The notes beneath the pieces are model-generated. The model did no database searches, had not been told where the DNA came from, and saw only the letters and a list, made by a program, of their open reading frames with translations. From assembly GCA_965203465.1 (NCBI GenBank), contig CBDBCR010000001.1:896001-960000 (forward strand): 64,000 nt of DNA, written 5' to 3'. Positions within the stretch are counted from its first letter, which is position 1. Each line of letters begins with the position of its first letter. Source of the DNA: Nitrosopumilaceae archaeon (lineage in GTDB: Archaea; Thermoproteota; Nitrososphaeria; Nitrososphaerales; Nitrosopumilaceae). A program made the translations under genes and the position numbers. Shown piece after piece: positions 19,144 to 29,038 of this stretch.

Positions 19144-20050
19144 CGACGTGGATTCTGTCCTGCACGAGATGGATACGTACGTGCGAACCATACACATGGT
19201 GGAAGTCTTTTGCAGTTGCCTGAAAGAGACACACCGGGCAGAGTGCTGGAGGGGACACACGATGCATCCGAGAGACGATCCGGCCAAAGACGTAAGACCG
19301 GATTTTGCGCTAGCCGGCCAAGATCTGCGCATAATAGGAGAAGCAAAGTCAAACGTTACCAAAAAACTACAGGGGCAAAGAGATCTTGTAGAGCAGATAC
19401 ACAAATACTGCTGCGTTCTTTGCTGGCCAGACGGACAAAATCCGGTTCACGATGTCACCATACTGACGTCCAGGCAACACGCCGGCCGGCTTTCAGATCT
19501 GTTAGAACGGCACTTAGGACAGTCGGTGTCGGATCACAAGCTGTCGATCATGGGTTTTACCCAAGAACGTGGAAAACACGAGAGTTTTCAGCTAAACTTG
19601 GTGTGGGGGGGATTTACCCACCCGTCGCTCACAGAGATGGCCAAAGATGGATTAAGAGTAGAGGCCAGAAACGCAATCATAGAGCTCAACAAACGGTGGT
19701 TTTCAGACGCTGCGCCGCCCGTCTTGTACACCATGAGCCTGATCTGGGAGAGGATCCTCCCGCCCATCATCAAAATGAATCCAGACGGCGCGGACGAAAT
19801 GGAAGGGTCGTATTCCGTAACCACAAAAGTCATCGAAAGTGCGTTTAAGGAGTTCTCCGACTCCGCGCCGCGTATGGATTGGATCAAATACGCCATGGAA
19901 TCGCTAGTCAAGATCGGGCGAGCGAGGAAAGAAAACGACGGTTCGTACACGGTGCACTACCGTCAAATAAGACGCGTAAGGGAGACGTTTGCTAAGCGAT
20001 GGGTGAAAAGACACAACCGCGAAAAACCCCGTCCTGCCGGACAAAGTTGA
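19127..20050 (+). CDS. PD-(D/E)XK nuclease-like protein with possible C-terminal winged helix
   Basis: VRPDFAL...IIGEAK motif; C-terminal WIKYAMESLVKIG..NDGSY. Confidence 0.65.
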   Translation: MSGQNSDVDSVLHEMDTYVRTIHMVEVFCSCLKETHRAECWRGHTMHPRDDPAKDVRPDFALAGQDLRIIGEAKSNVTKKLQGQRDLVEQIHKYCCVLCWPDGQNPVHDVTILTSRQHAGRLSDLLERHLGQSVSDHKLSIMGFTQERGKHESFQLNLVWGGFTHPSLTEMAKDGLRVEARNAIIELNKRWFSDAAPPVLYTMSLIWERILPPIIKMNPDGADEMEGSYSVTTKVIESAFKEFSDSAPRMDWIKYAMESLVKIGRARKENDGSYTVHYRQIRRVRETFAKRWVKRHNREKPRPAGQS

Positions 20051-20561
20051 CGGATGGCTAGACGCTGAAGCATGCGCGGCGGACAATAGGTGTTGAAAAT
20101 GCGCCCCTTTACGGGCGCGGCTCAAATTGGGCCGGACGGGCGCGCGCACGCCCATCTGCCGCCATGGCACGCCGTATTCCGAGCTGCGGTGCTACAAATC
20201 GGGTCCGAGCGGGCCATATGCGCGCGAACGCGAAGCGGCGCGCGGCGGCCTTGCTGTTGGTTTTCCGGCGGGCGTTTGCAGGCGGGCCCATCCCCCGCCG
20301 TCCAGGTAGCGCCGGGCGTCCTGCAAGCTCATGGCGGCGACCCTGGCTGCCTCGATCGCGATCGCATTTACGAACTCGTCGAGGCGTATGTCAGAAGTTG
20401 AAAATGCCCCCTCGCGGGAACGGCACGGATCCGGCCCGTACGCGCACGAAGACGGCCAGCACGCCTTTGTGGAGAGAATCGAGCGGCTGCTCGCCGGGGA
20501 GACCCGGGCGTGGCGCGCCGCCCACAAAAAGAAATAATACCGGCCGCGCCGGTTCTTATCC

Positions 20562-20765
20562 GTGAGCGCCAAGATGCAAAAGTACGTCAAGAAGCCCATC
20601 CCGATCAAGGCGCGCCAGATCGGGCGGGCCACCAAGATAGAGACCCTAGAGGGCGTCTCGCGCGGCAAAAAAGGCGACTATCTGGTCGTGGGCGTGCGCG
20701 GGGAAAAGTACATCGTAAAGCGCGAGATCTTCGAAGAGACGTACGAGCCGGCCGGGCGGCCGTGA
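20562..20765 (+). CDS. Small PGDYG-like (phage-associated) protein
   Basis: KYVKKPIPIKA..TLEG..GDYLVVGVRGEKY..KREIFEETYE. Confidence 0.7.
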   Translation: MSAKMQKYVKKPIPIKARQIGRATKIETLEGVSRGKKGDYLVVGVRGEKYIVKREIFEETYEPAGRP

Positions 20766-20928
20766 CCGGGGCCCCCAGGTTTCGGAGCCAAGAGCCGGTC
20801 TAGGGCATGCGTTCCAAAGCGGCCGGCGGGCGCCGCGCTTGGGACGGACCGGGCCCCGGGCGCGCATTCCGGGATGCCGGTGCCCGGAAGCGGAACGGTA
20901 AAATACGGGGATGCGACAGGGCTGTACC

Positions 20929-23900
20929 ATGTCCACGCTTGGCGATTCGGGGATCGTGCATCCGGATCCTGAGGAAGAGGATTACTTTAGGGACGGCGCG
21001 CTCAAGGATCAATCCGGCGACGAGTTTTTTCACCGGCACTACGCGGAGGTGCTGTCCGACATCCTGCGCAAATCCAAAACACCGCTGAACATAGGCCTGT
21101 ACGGAAAATGGGGGGTAGGCAAGTCGTCCATAGCGCACATGCTCCAAGACGAAATAAAAAATGGCGATACATTGAGGGGCTTTGAGTACGCGGAGGTGGA
21201 CGCATGGGGGCTGTCCCCAAAGGCCCTGCCACAGGGGCTGCTCGAGGCGCTCAACTCGCAACTTGACTCCCCGTACAAGCCCGGAGACCTCGAGGACATG
21301 CTGTACAACGAGCGCCAAGTCCAGCACACGCGGCTACACGGCCTAAAGACTTGGTGGTGGCTAGCACTTGCGGTCATGGGTGCGGCGGGGTTCGCTGTCT
21401 TTTCAGTAGATCCGACGATGGCGAACCTGCCCGTATTCGGTGGATTTGCTGCCGTTCTGCTCGGACTGTTGGCAAAGCTGATCTTTGGCACGTCACGCAA
21501 GGTAATTCCGCGCGCCGCATCTCCGCTGCAGTTCAGCAAGATCTACGACAAGATTGTAGAGAGATACGGGGTCAAGAAAGGCGCGGGCAAGAAACTGGTG
21601 GTCGTAATAGACAACCTCGACAGGTGCGAAAACGCCGTGGTCGTGGAGCTGCTGGGGCTGATCCAGACGTTCATGGTAAAGGACAACTGCGTCAACATAC
21701 TGGCCTGCGACGACGAGGCACTGGTCTCCCACCTGAAAAGATCCGAAACGGTGAGCACGGAAAGGGACGGCAACGAGTTTCTCAGCAAGTTCTTCCAAGT
21801 CACGCTCCGCATATCGTCGTTTCTGGGCGAGAGCCTCAGGTCGTATGCAAGGACGCAGATCGTCAAGCGCAGCGTCGAGTTCGATCAGTTCGCGCTGACA
21901 ATTCTGCTTTCCGGCGCCATAGACAACCCCCGAAAGATCAACCAGTTCCTCAACATAGCCGTGGCGCTGTACCGGCTGGCCGAATTGAGGGAGCAGTCCG
22001 GGATGCTCCAGGACGGCCTGATCACCGGCAACACCAACCTGCTGCTCAAGTCGGTCGTGCTGAGGCACGAATGGCCCGAATTCTGCAAGGCCGTAGAAGC
22101 AGAGCCGGATCTGTACGAAGACGGGGAGAGGCAGACAAAGTGGAGCGAAGAGATGGTACGCCAGGAAAAGATGACCGATGCCGAGATCGCGCGTCTTTGG
22201 GAGTTTATGGACGCCACGCGGATTCCGGGGGCAGTCAGCATAGTCCCGTTCCTGCGCATGAGCCAAGCGCCGCACATGACGCAGCTGGGCATATCGGCGT
22301 TCGAGGACGCGTTTTCCCGCTCGAGTCTCGAGGCAGTAGGCATGTTTGAAAATCTGGATTCTGGTGCCCAGGAGGAGTACTTGGACAAAGTCGGCGAAAT
22401 TTTGAAAGAATCGGCCTCGGAGTCGGATCCCAACATGCCCGCGTTGTCAAGCAACGTCGTAATGCTGGCAAAGCTCACCAAAGCGGCGTCCGACGCATCG
22501 GTTCGCGCACGCACGGCCACCATGCTCGGACAGTGCCTCTCGGACAGACTGCTGGAAAAAGCGCGCGAGATCGTGGGCAGAATCGGCCTGGAGCCGATCA
22601 TCCAGATGCAGGTGCCCATGCGGAACCGCATCTGCGGACGCCTAGTGCTGGACGCGTTCCAAGCCGACCCGCCAGATCGGGCCGTGTTAGGCCTGTTTTC
22701 CGAGAACCGCGCCATCATGGAGCCCAGATTGGTGGATCTCATGGGCGAAATGGCAGCCGACAAGCTCAACACTTCCGGTCTGTGGGACGCATCTTTCATC
22801 TCGGAATGCCTGAAATACCGCCGGAAAGGCGCACCGATGTCGAAGCTGGTCTCGCACATCATATCCAGCGCCACCTTCGGCGTCTCGCCCCAGACTGCCG
22901 GATACGACGGGCTGTGCGCCAAGCTGACCGAATCGCTGTCTGCGAGCGAGTCCGGAGAACTCCGTTCCAGAATCTGCGATCTGGTAGAACAGTGCGGCAA
23001 AAGCGGCGCGCCTATGCCCGAACCTCTCCTCGATTACGTCAAGAACGAGGCTGACGAAAAGATCTGCAAGGCGCTCGGCGTACTGGTGCGGGCCAGCCCC
23101 GACCAAGCGCAGAACGCCGAGATCCTGGAGATCGTGGCGCAGAAAAGCCAGGACGGCGCAAAGCATCTTGAATCGGCAAGCTGCGTGTTCGCATCATACA
23201 TGCAGGCAGCCGACGCGCAAAGGGTGACCGAGCTTGTTGACAACCAACAATATCGGCGATTCTTGACGACAAAGACAGCGATCGACTCTATGCTAGAGTT
23301 GTGTAGCAACACGAAATACCAAAACTTGGCCGTGATCAATTTCCTGCTCACGCACACGCCCGACAGCCTGAAAGAACACGTGGGGACTGTCCTGTCAGAT
23401 GCAATCGTGTACAAAGACGCGTCCGAATACGGTCTGCTTTTGAATGCCGCGGGACAACACATTACAGAATTTGACTCAGGCTTGATCGCCGCGATCATGA
23501 AAGCGTGCATGATCAAAGCTGACAGAACCGAGGATGCTGGCAGGCACGCCATGTACGTGGAAGCCGCAAAGATCGGGCACGAAAAGCACGCGCCCGAGAT
23601 CGTGGCGCGTGCGGAGACGCTGATCCTATCTGCCGACGAAAGGGAACGCGGCGAGGGGTTCCAGCTGTTCGACGCGTTGAACGCAAACAGGGCCGAGCCG
23701 CTCGGAATCTGGCAGTCCATAAACGCCGCCGGCGGCGCGATTGCAGGCGAACAGGACGCCGTCGCGGATCACCTGGAGTTTCTGCGCAATTACGGCAGGG
23801 GGATCGCAGCGTCGGAGGACGCCGCGGTGGGCCTGCTGACTGCGTGCTTGGATGGCCCTTCGCGAGCCCGCATAAACGGCGGATTCAAGTCGGCCAAGCA

Positions 23901-24120
23901 CACAAACCCCCCCAAGGACATTGCAGACGCGGCCATGGAGTGCATAGAGGGGGCGGGCGACGCGGTGCAGGTGCGCATGATCGAGCCGATGGTCGCTTTT
24001 GTGCAAGAAGGGCCGTCAGAAGTGGCCAAAAACCGCTGCAGGCAGATACTGCAGAGGCACGAGGCGCTACTGAACGCCAAACAGAAACACGGGCTGAAGC
24101 AGGCCTTTGCGGACTTTTAA
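20929..24120 (+). CDS. KAP-family P-loop NTPase with two TM helices and a long helical C-terminus
   Basis: IGLYGKWGVGKSS, DAW, hydrophobic hairpin, VVIDNLDRC, FLSKFFQ, NPRKINQF. Confidence 0.88.
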   Translation: MSTLGDSGIVHPDPEEEDYFRDGALKDQSGDEFFHRHYAEVLSDILRKSKTPLNIGLYGKWGVGKSSIAHMLQDEIKNGDTLRGFEYAEVDAWGLSPKALPQGLLEALNSQLDSPYKPGDLEDMLYNERQVQHTRLHGLKTWWWLALAVMGAAGFAVFSVDPTMANLPVFGGFAAVLLGLLAKLIFGTSRKVIPRAASPLQFSKIYDKIVERYGVKKGAGKKLVVVIDNLDRCENAVVVELLGLIQTFMVKDNCVNILACDDEALVSHLKRSETVSTERDGNEFLSKFFQVTLRISSFLGESLRSYARTQIVKRSVEFDQFALTILLSGAIDNPRKINQFLNIAVALYRLAELREQSGMLQDGLITGNTNLLLKSVVLRHEWPEFCKAVEAEPDLYEDGERQTKWSEEMVRQEKMTDAEIARLWEFMDATRIPGAVSIVPFLRMSQAPHMTQLGISAFEDAFSRSSLEAVGMFENLDSGAQEEYLDKVGEILKESASESDPNMPALSSNVVMLAKLTKAASDASVRARTATMLGQCLSDRLLEKAREIVGRIGLEPIIQMQVPMRNRICGRLVLDAFQADPPDRAVLGLFSENRAIMEPRLVDLMGEMAADKLNTSGLWDASFISECLKYRRKGAPMSKLVSHIISSATFGVSPQTAGYDGLCAKLTESLSASESGELRSRICDLVEQCGKSGAPMPEPLLDYVKNEADEKICKALGVLVRASPDQAQNAEILEIVAQKSQDGAKHLESASCVFASYMQAADAQRVTELVDNQQYRRFLTTKTAIDSMLELCSNTKYQNLAVINFLLTHTPDSLKEHVGTVLSDAIVYKDASEYGLLLNAAGQHITEFDSGLIAAIMKACMIKADRTEDAGRHAMYVEAAKIGHEKHAPEIVARAETLILSADERERGEGFQLFDALNANRAEPLGIWQSINAAGGAIAGEQDAVADHLEFLRNYGRGIAASEDAAVGLLTACLDGPSRARINGGFKSAKHTNPPKDIADAAMECIEGAGDAVQVRMIEPMVAFVQEGPSEVAKNRCRQILQRHEALLNAKQKHGLKQAFADF

Positions 24121-24165
24121 GCGCAACGGCTTCCCGTCACGCGGTTCTGGGGGTCTTTACCGGAC

Positions 24166-25125
24166 GTAACTGTTCACGTAGTTTAGGCCCGTTTACGCGT
24201 ACTACCACAGCTCCGCGTAGTCCAGGCCCCGGTTCTTCCAGGTGGCGATGCACGTGAAGATGTCGCCGTAGGTCTCCATGCTCTCCGCCCTGAGGCTGCC
24301 GCGGATCTTGCAGCGGATGACTGTATCGCGCAGGCCGCGCTCGGCCGCGTTGTTGGTCGGCTACACCCGCGGATCCGGCACGAACGCGAACAGGTCGTCC
24401 GCCTCGCCTTCCAGCTTGCCGAAGAACGGCCGCGAGACCGAGCTGCCCCAGTTGTCGTCGATGATGCGCCGCACGCAGCCCGGCAGCGCCGCGCGGGCGC
24501 GCCTGGCCTTGCCCATGCGCTTTCCGGACGCGCCGCGCGCGGTCCCGTAGACGCCGCGCAGCCTCTCGGGTATGCCGCGCGCGGCCGCGCTGTCGGGGTG
24601 CGCCCGGAGCAGGTACCTCGCCTCGCGCAGGATGTGCGCCCGGCAGCGCTGGCGCCTCCACCCGTGGTACGACCTCCGCCCGTAGCAGACGATCACTCCC
24701 TTGAATCCGCGCGGCACGTCGCGCCCCCTGCTCGGGCGCACCACGAACAGCGAGCTGCCCGTCAGGGGGTCGGGGAAGATCCGCGCCCAGACGAGCTTCC
24801 CGTCGAGTCTGAACGACGTCTCGTCGATGCGCGGCACGCCGGCGCGCTGCATGGCCGGGATCATGGCCTCGACGAACAGCTTCACGCTGCGGCCCGCCCT
24901 GGCCAGCACGCTGTTTGCCGTGCCCACAGACCGCCAGGCCGCCAGGCCGCCAGGCCGCCCGGCCCATCCTGCGCGCGTTCATCCTGTGCGTCAGGCGGTC
25001 GTCGAAGTTGGTCACGACGCGCCCGCACGCGTTGCGGCCCAGCTCGCCGTCCCTCGGCAGGCCGCGCGGCGAGTGCGTCCGGCAAGTTGCGCTGCGCTCG
25101 AAGCGGCACATTTTCAGCACCTGAC
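24166..25125 (-). mobile_element. Degraded second copy of the IS66 element (right end + frameshifted transposase)
   Basis: TIR GTAACTGTTCACGT at 24166; close similarity to 1750-2048 and 3475-4136 with indels; left boundary approximate. Confidence 0.88.
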
Positions 25126-25182
25126 GCTACAGGTCCGGTTGCGAAAACCCCGGTTTCCCGGATTTGCGGCCTTTGGATCGCG

Positions 25183-26007
25183 CTATTTCAGGCAGGCAAG
25201 CGCCGCGTTTTTTCCGCTGCGCGCCTGCTCGCTGCCCGGGCTGATTCTGAGCGCCTCGTCGTAGCATGCCACGGCCTCCCTGTGGCGGCCCAGCTCTGCA
25301 AGCGCGCGGCCTTTTTCCGTGTGGGGCAGATCGTGGCCCGGGTCCAGCGCGATGGCCTCGTCGTAGCATGCCACGGCCTCCCTGTGGCGGCCCAGCCCGG
25401 CAAGCGAGATGCCCTTGTACAGGTGCGTCATGTGCACCCCCGGGTATGTCAGAATATCCATGTCGTAGTACTCTACGGCCTCCTCGTGGCGGCCCAGCTC
25501 GGCAAGCGAGTAGGCTTTTTCAAAGTGCAGCATGTCGCCCGACAGGTCGGTGCCCTCTGCGTCTTTGTAGGAGTCCAGGGCCTCCTTGTGCAGGCCCATC
25601 TTGGCGAGCAGCATCCCCATTCCCCGGTGCGCCATGCCGGCGTTTGGATCCAGGTTTATGGCCCTCTCAAAGCACGCCATGGCTTCCGCGTCCCTGCCCA
25701 GCTCGACGAGCGCGTAGGCCTTGAGCCAGTGCGTTTCTGCGTACCTGGGGGCTAGCCGTATGGCCCTCTCAAAGCAGGCCGAGGCCTCCTCGTGGCGGCC
25801 AAGCTTGCAAAGCGCGGTGCCCTTGTTCATGTGCACGGAGTTGTTTTTCGGTTCCAGACTCGCCGCCCTCTCAAAGCAGGCCAGTGCCTCTTGATCCCTG
25901 CCGACGTTGCCGAGCGATATGCCCTGCTTTAGGATCTTCGAGGCCTCCGACTCCAGCATCGGCATGCACTGCGTCCCTGCCACATAATACTGTTCGTCCG
26001 CCCCCAT
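25183..26007 (-). CDS. TPR-repeat protein
   Basis: Repeated LGRHxEAxACxxxAIxLxP units, including a 102-bp internal duplication; start uncertain. Confidence 0.85.
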   Translation of the reverse strand: MGADEQYYVAGTQCMPMLESEASKILKQGISLGNVGRDQEALACFERAASLEPKNNSVHMNKGTALCKLGRHEEASACFERAIRLAPRYAETHWLKAYALVELGRDAEAMACFERAINLDPNAGMAHRGMGMLLAKMGLHKEALDSYKDAEGTDLSGDMLHFEKAYSLAELGRHEEAVEYYDMDILTYPGVHMTHLYKGISLAGLGRHREAVACYDEAIALDPGHDLPHTEKGRALAELGRHREAVACYDEALRISPGSEQARSGKNAALACLK

Positions 26008-26163
26008 CCGGCGCGGGCAGGCGCCGGGCCGCCGCCAATTCGGCGCGTTGATTCGGCATCTTCCGGCCCGATCCGCCGATCGCCTGCAGCGCATCCGGTT
26101 CCGGGTCCTTCCTGCCACACCTCGCCAGCGGCTCGCGGCAAGCGCACCCTGCCAGCCTCTGCG

Positions 26164-26241
26164 GCCGCCGTTTCGGACCGTTTGGCCGATTTGCGATCGG
26201 AGGTCATCCTCCCGCCGGAGGAACTTTTGGGTTGACTGATT
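26164..26241 (+). repeat. Island dispersed repeat, copy C
   Basis: CGCCGTTTCGGACCGTTTGGCCGATTTGCGATCGG..CCCGCCGGAGGAACTTTTGGGTTGACTGAT. Confidence 0.75.
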
Positions 26242-26294
26242 CTGCCTGAAAGCTACAAATAGATGCCCATGTCGGCGGCATCAAGGGGCTGGGC

Positions 26295-26495
26295 ATGTTC
26301 AAGATCGTCAAGAGTTTTGCAAAGTACGAGTTTGTGTGCAAGAGAAGGAACTGCCACGAGCCGAATCCTGAAGATCTGGAGGATTTTCTCAAAAATCCGG
26401 CATTCAAAAAAGAGACCTTTTGTAGAGACTGCGGGTTTATGTTGGAGTTGGCGCAGGGCAACGACAAAAACAAATACTGGATCAACGAGATTTAG
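26295..26495 (+). CDS. Small zinc-ribbon protein
   Basis: CKRRNC and CRDC; paralog fragment at ~29110-29196. Confidence 0.65.
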   Translation: MFKIVKSFAKYEFVCKRRNCHEPNPEDLEDFLKNPAFKKETFCRDCGFMLELAQGNDKNKYWINEI

Positions 26496-26750
26496 GCGCC
26501 GGTTCGCCAAACAGGTATTGCCCATTGGCGCCGTTGCGGCCGCTGTTAAATCTGGCGTAGCGGCCGGTTCCGGCATCTGTCCGGCCGCGCTGGGCACACG
26601 CGTCCGTCTAAGCCGTCCAGGCTGGAAGCAGATCCGGCGCGAGGTGGTGCTGACCCTGGAAAAGGACTAGCCGGCGTTCGCGGCGCGGGCCCGGCCGCCC
26701 GGGGCGGGCGCATGCAGGAGCCGGCGGCCTTTTCGGGCGCCCGGCCGAGG

Positions 26751-26862
26751 CCGCGCCCGGGACGGGATCGGGCGAGCCCGCCTTTTGGGCGCCGCCGTTC
26801 TGCCCGGTTTGGCATCCGATCGGAAACCGTCCGCCCGCCGGAGAGACTTTTGGGTTGACTGG
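26751..26862 (+). repeat. Island dispersed repeat, copy D
   Basis: CGCGCCCGGGACGGGATCGGGCGAGCCCG..GCCGCCGTT..GATCGGAAACCG..CCCGCCGGAGAGACTTTTGGGTTGACTGG. Confidence 0.75.
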
Positions 26863-26942
26863 CGTCGTGTATTGACTGGCGTGGAAAAAAGCAAATATAC
26901 AACACCGCCGGGTTCATACACGAGATGCCATTCACGCACGCT

Positions 26943-27197
26943 ATGGATCGGCGGGGGGTCGAAATCGTAGCGGAAATAGCCAGAATGACGAACCGGAACT
27001 ACGGAGGCTGGCATGTCGGAATCACCTCCGATCCAGAACGGCGCAGGGGCGAACGCGGCGATCCCGCGGCTTGGCACGCGTGGGACGCGCAGTACGAGGG
27101 AGCCGCCCGCGAGATCGAAAGGCACATGCTCGGTTTAGGCATGCGTGAAGGCGGGGGCGGCGGGGACGACCCCACATACGTCTACATTTGGCGGTAA
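26943..27197 (+). CDS. Small GIY-YIG-like protein
   Basis: WHVGITSDPERR, AREIE, Gly-rich loop, C-terminal YVYIW. Confidence 0.55.
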   Translation: MDRRGVEIVAEIARMTNRNYGGWHVGITSDPERRRGERGDPAAWHAWDAQYEGAAREIERHMLGLGMREGGGGGDDPTYVYIWR

Positions 27198-27213
27198 ATC
27201 TGACGGTTTCCGG

Positions 27214-27635
27214 CTAGCGCGGAGCGCGGCGTCCAGAGCTCCGCCCCAGTTCCGCGATCACGCCGGCGTTCCGTCTGAGGGCCTTGCGGTACGTCTTCCA
27301 CAGGTCGGGCCGCCTCTCGCGCGGCACGTCGTCGGGGCAGTACGTCTGGAGTATCCGCTTGGCCGCCCCCAGGGCCCCGTCTATATTTTCCCGTTCCAGC
27401 CGAGCCGGCTTTAGGATGTGCGCCTGCCTCCCCCTGATCTCGTTCATGATGCTTTCCGTGCGGTGGCGGTTGCGCGTAAGAAAGCCGTCCAGCCGCTCTT
27501 CGACACCCCGTCGTCCGTCTCCATGTCCCGCACGTTCAGCATGATTTCCGACACGATGCAGTCCAGTTCCCCTACGTTCGCGTAGATGACGGACCGGTGC
27601 CCCGCGTCTGCCTCGTTCCTGCGCCGCCTGTCACG
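27214..27635 (-). pseudogene. Frameshifted hypothetical gene
   Basis: ..SVIYANVGELDCIVSEIMLN.. continues after a frameshift into VEERLDGFLTRNRHRTESIMNEIRG.. Confidence 0.4.
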
Positions 27636-27770
27636 GTCCGGGCCGCCTGCGTAGGCTGAGCGCAGGCGGGCGCGGCCGGCAGCAGGCCTCGCCGGGCGGC
27701 CGGCCTAGGCCTAACCCGCGCCTGTGCGGATAACGTTTGAGATTTATACCCTCAAATCTAAGGGTAGGCC

Positions 27771-28142
27771 ATGCAGAAAGCCGAGCCCACCGAGTTTGCC
27801 AACACGGTGGAGAGCGTCATCAACACTCCGTGGGAGGTAAGCGACAGGAAGGCCAGATCCGCCGAATACTTTGAGGCATGGAAAAAAGTCGCGGAGCAAA
27901 GGGCCCGCTTGATATTCCCTTCTGTCCCGCTCAGCGGCCCGACCATACCGGGCGAGCGCAGAGCAGAGATAGCCGACGAGGTCCTCAGGGTCACTTGGCA
28001 GCACGCCTGCAGGTACATGACCGACGAGGAAAAGCTCGCGGCCTGCCGCGTCAAGCGCAAAGAGATCGAAGAGTACGCGTGGCCGCTTGCCCAAAAGGCG
28101 GCCGCGGAGCATTGGAGACGGGTGCTGGCCGCCTCTAAATGA
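27771..28142 (+). CDS. Hypothetical helical protein
   Basis: TATA-like TTTATA upstream, plausible composition. Confidence 0.55.
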   Translation: MQKAEPTEFANTVESVINTPWEVSDRKARSAEYFEAWKKVAEQRARLIFPSVPLSGPTIPGERRAEIADEVLRVTWQHACRYMTDEEKLAACRVKRKEIEEYAWPLAQKAAAEHWRRVLAASK

Positions 28143-28905
28143 CGCGCACCGTTATCACGTCCTCCAGCGATTCAAGCATCGAGTAATGCCGAAGTGGATC
28201 GGGCGACGCGTCCAGCGCGCTCCTCTTCACGCTGATGAATGCGCCGTCGGGCACGCGGGTGCCGTCGCGCAGCCTGCACTCGGTCTCGCCCGCGTAGGCC
28301 AGGTGCTTGCGGCTGTCTATCTTTTCGTCCACCGACGGAACCGACCAAGGCACGGCCGTATACGCCGCAGGCCGGAGCGCGCGGCGGATCTCGCCGTCGA
28401 CGGGCACCGTGACCGACGCCGGGCGCCCGCCAGAGTACACGTTGAACCACATGCTGAACGGCTTGTATCTGCGGCTCCCGCCGCCCGCCTCCGTCCTGCT
28501 TTTGAACGTGCCGTCCAGGTAGCTTGGCAGCTCGGCCAAGTCCATCCAGCGGTATATCGTTCCGGCCCTGGAGACCTCGTGGGCGAGGGCTTCGGTGAAC
28601 TCGCGCGCCCGGCTCTCCATGTACAGCGTGTGGCGGTACGCGAGCAGATCGTGAATTTTGAGCCAGTCAAGGTATATCTTGTCTGCGAGGCCCCAGTCCT
28701 TGGCACCGGCCGCCCGGGCGTACGCCTTGGATTCCGGGCTTCCCTCGCCCAAGACCGCGTAGGGGTCCGTTTCCAGCATATTGGCCATGTAGACCATGGT
28801 GCTGGCTGCGTGGACAAGTCCATATTCGATCAGCTTGGCAAACTCGCGGCGCGCCCGATCCCGCACGCTGCGATCCAGCACGTGGCCCGGGCATATTGAC
28901 GACAT
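28135..28905 (-). CDS. Hypothetical protein with possible R-S-E ADP-ribosyltransferase fold
   Basis: TIYRWMD..EL, YKPFS, ETECRL in the expected order. Confidence 0.45.
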   Translation of the reverse strand: MSSICPGHVLDRSVRDRARREFAKLIEYGLVHAASTMVYMANMLETDPYAVLGEGSPESKAYARAAGAKDWGLADKIYLDWLKIHDLLAYRHTLYMESRAREFTEALAHEVSRAGTIYRWMDLAELPSYLDGTFKSRTEAGGGSRRYKPFSMWFNVYSGGRPASVTVPVDGEIRRALRPAAYTAVPWSVPSVDEKIDSRKHLAYAGETECRLRDGTRVPDGAFISVKRSALDASPDPLRHYSMLESLEDVITVRVI

Positions 28906-29038
28906 GTCTCCGGGCCGCTCAGGCTAGGTTAAAAGCCAATCGAACATTTTACCGTACAGTACCGTTGATTTATTGTATAATACGGCAATTTGCTGCATTG
29001 CGGGTCGATGGACCGGCGCCCGGGGCAGCTTTCAACTT

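Noticed and set aside
24931-24958. CCGCCAGG x3 microrepeat
   Set aside because: Slippage inside a decayed IS66 copy; no sign of function.
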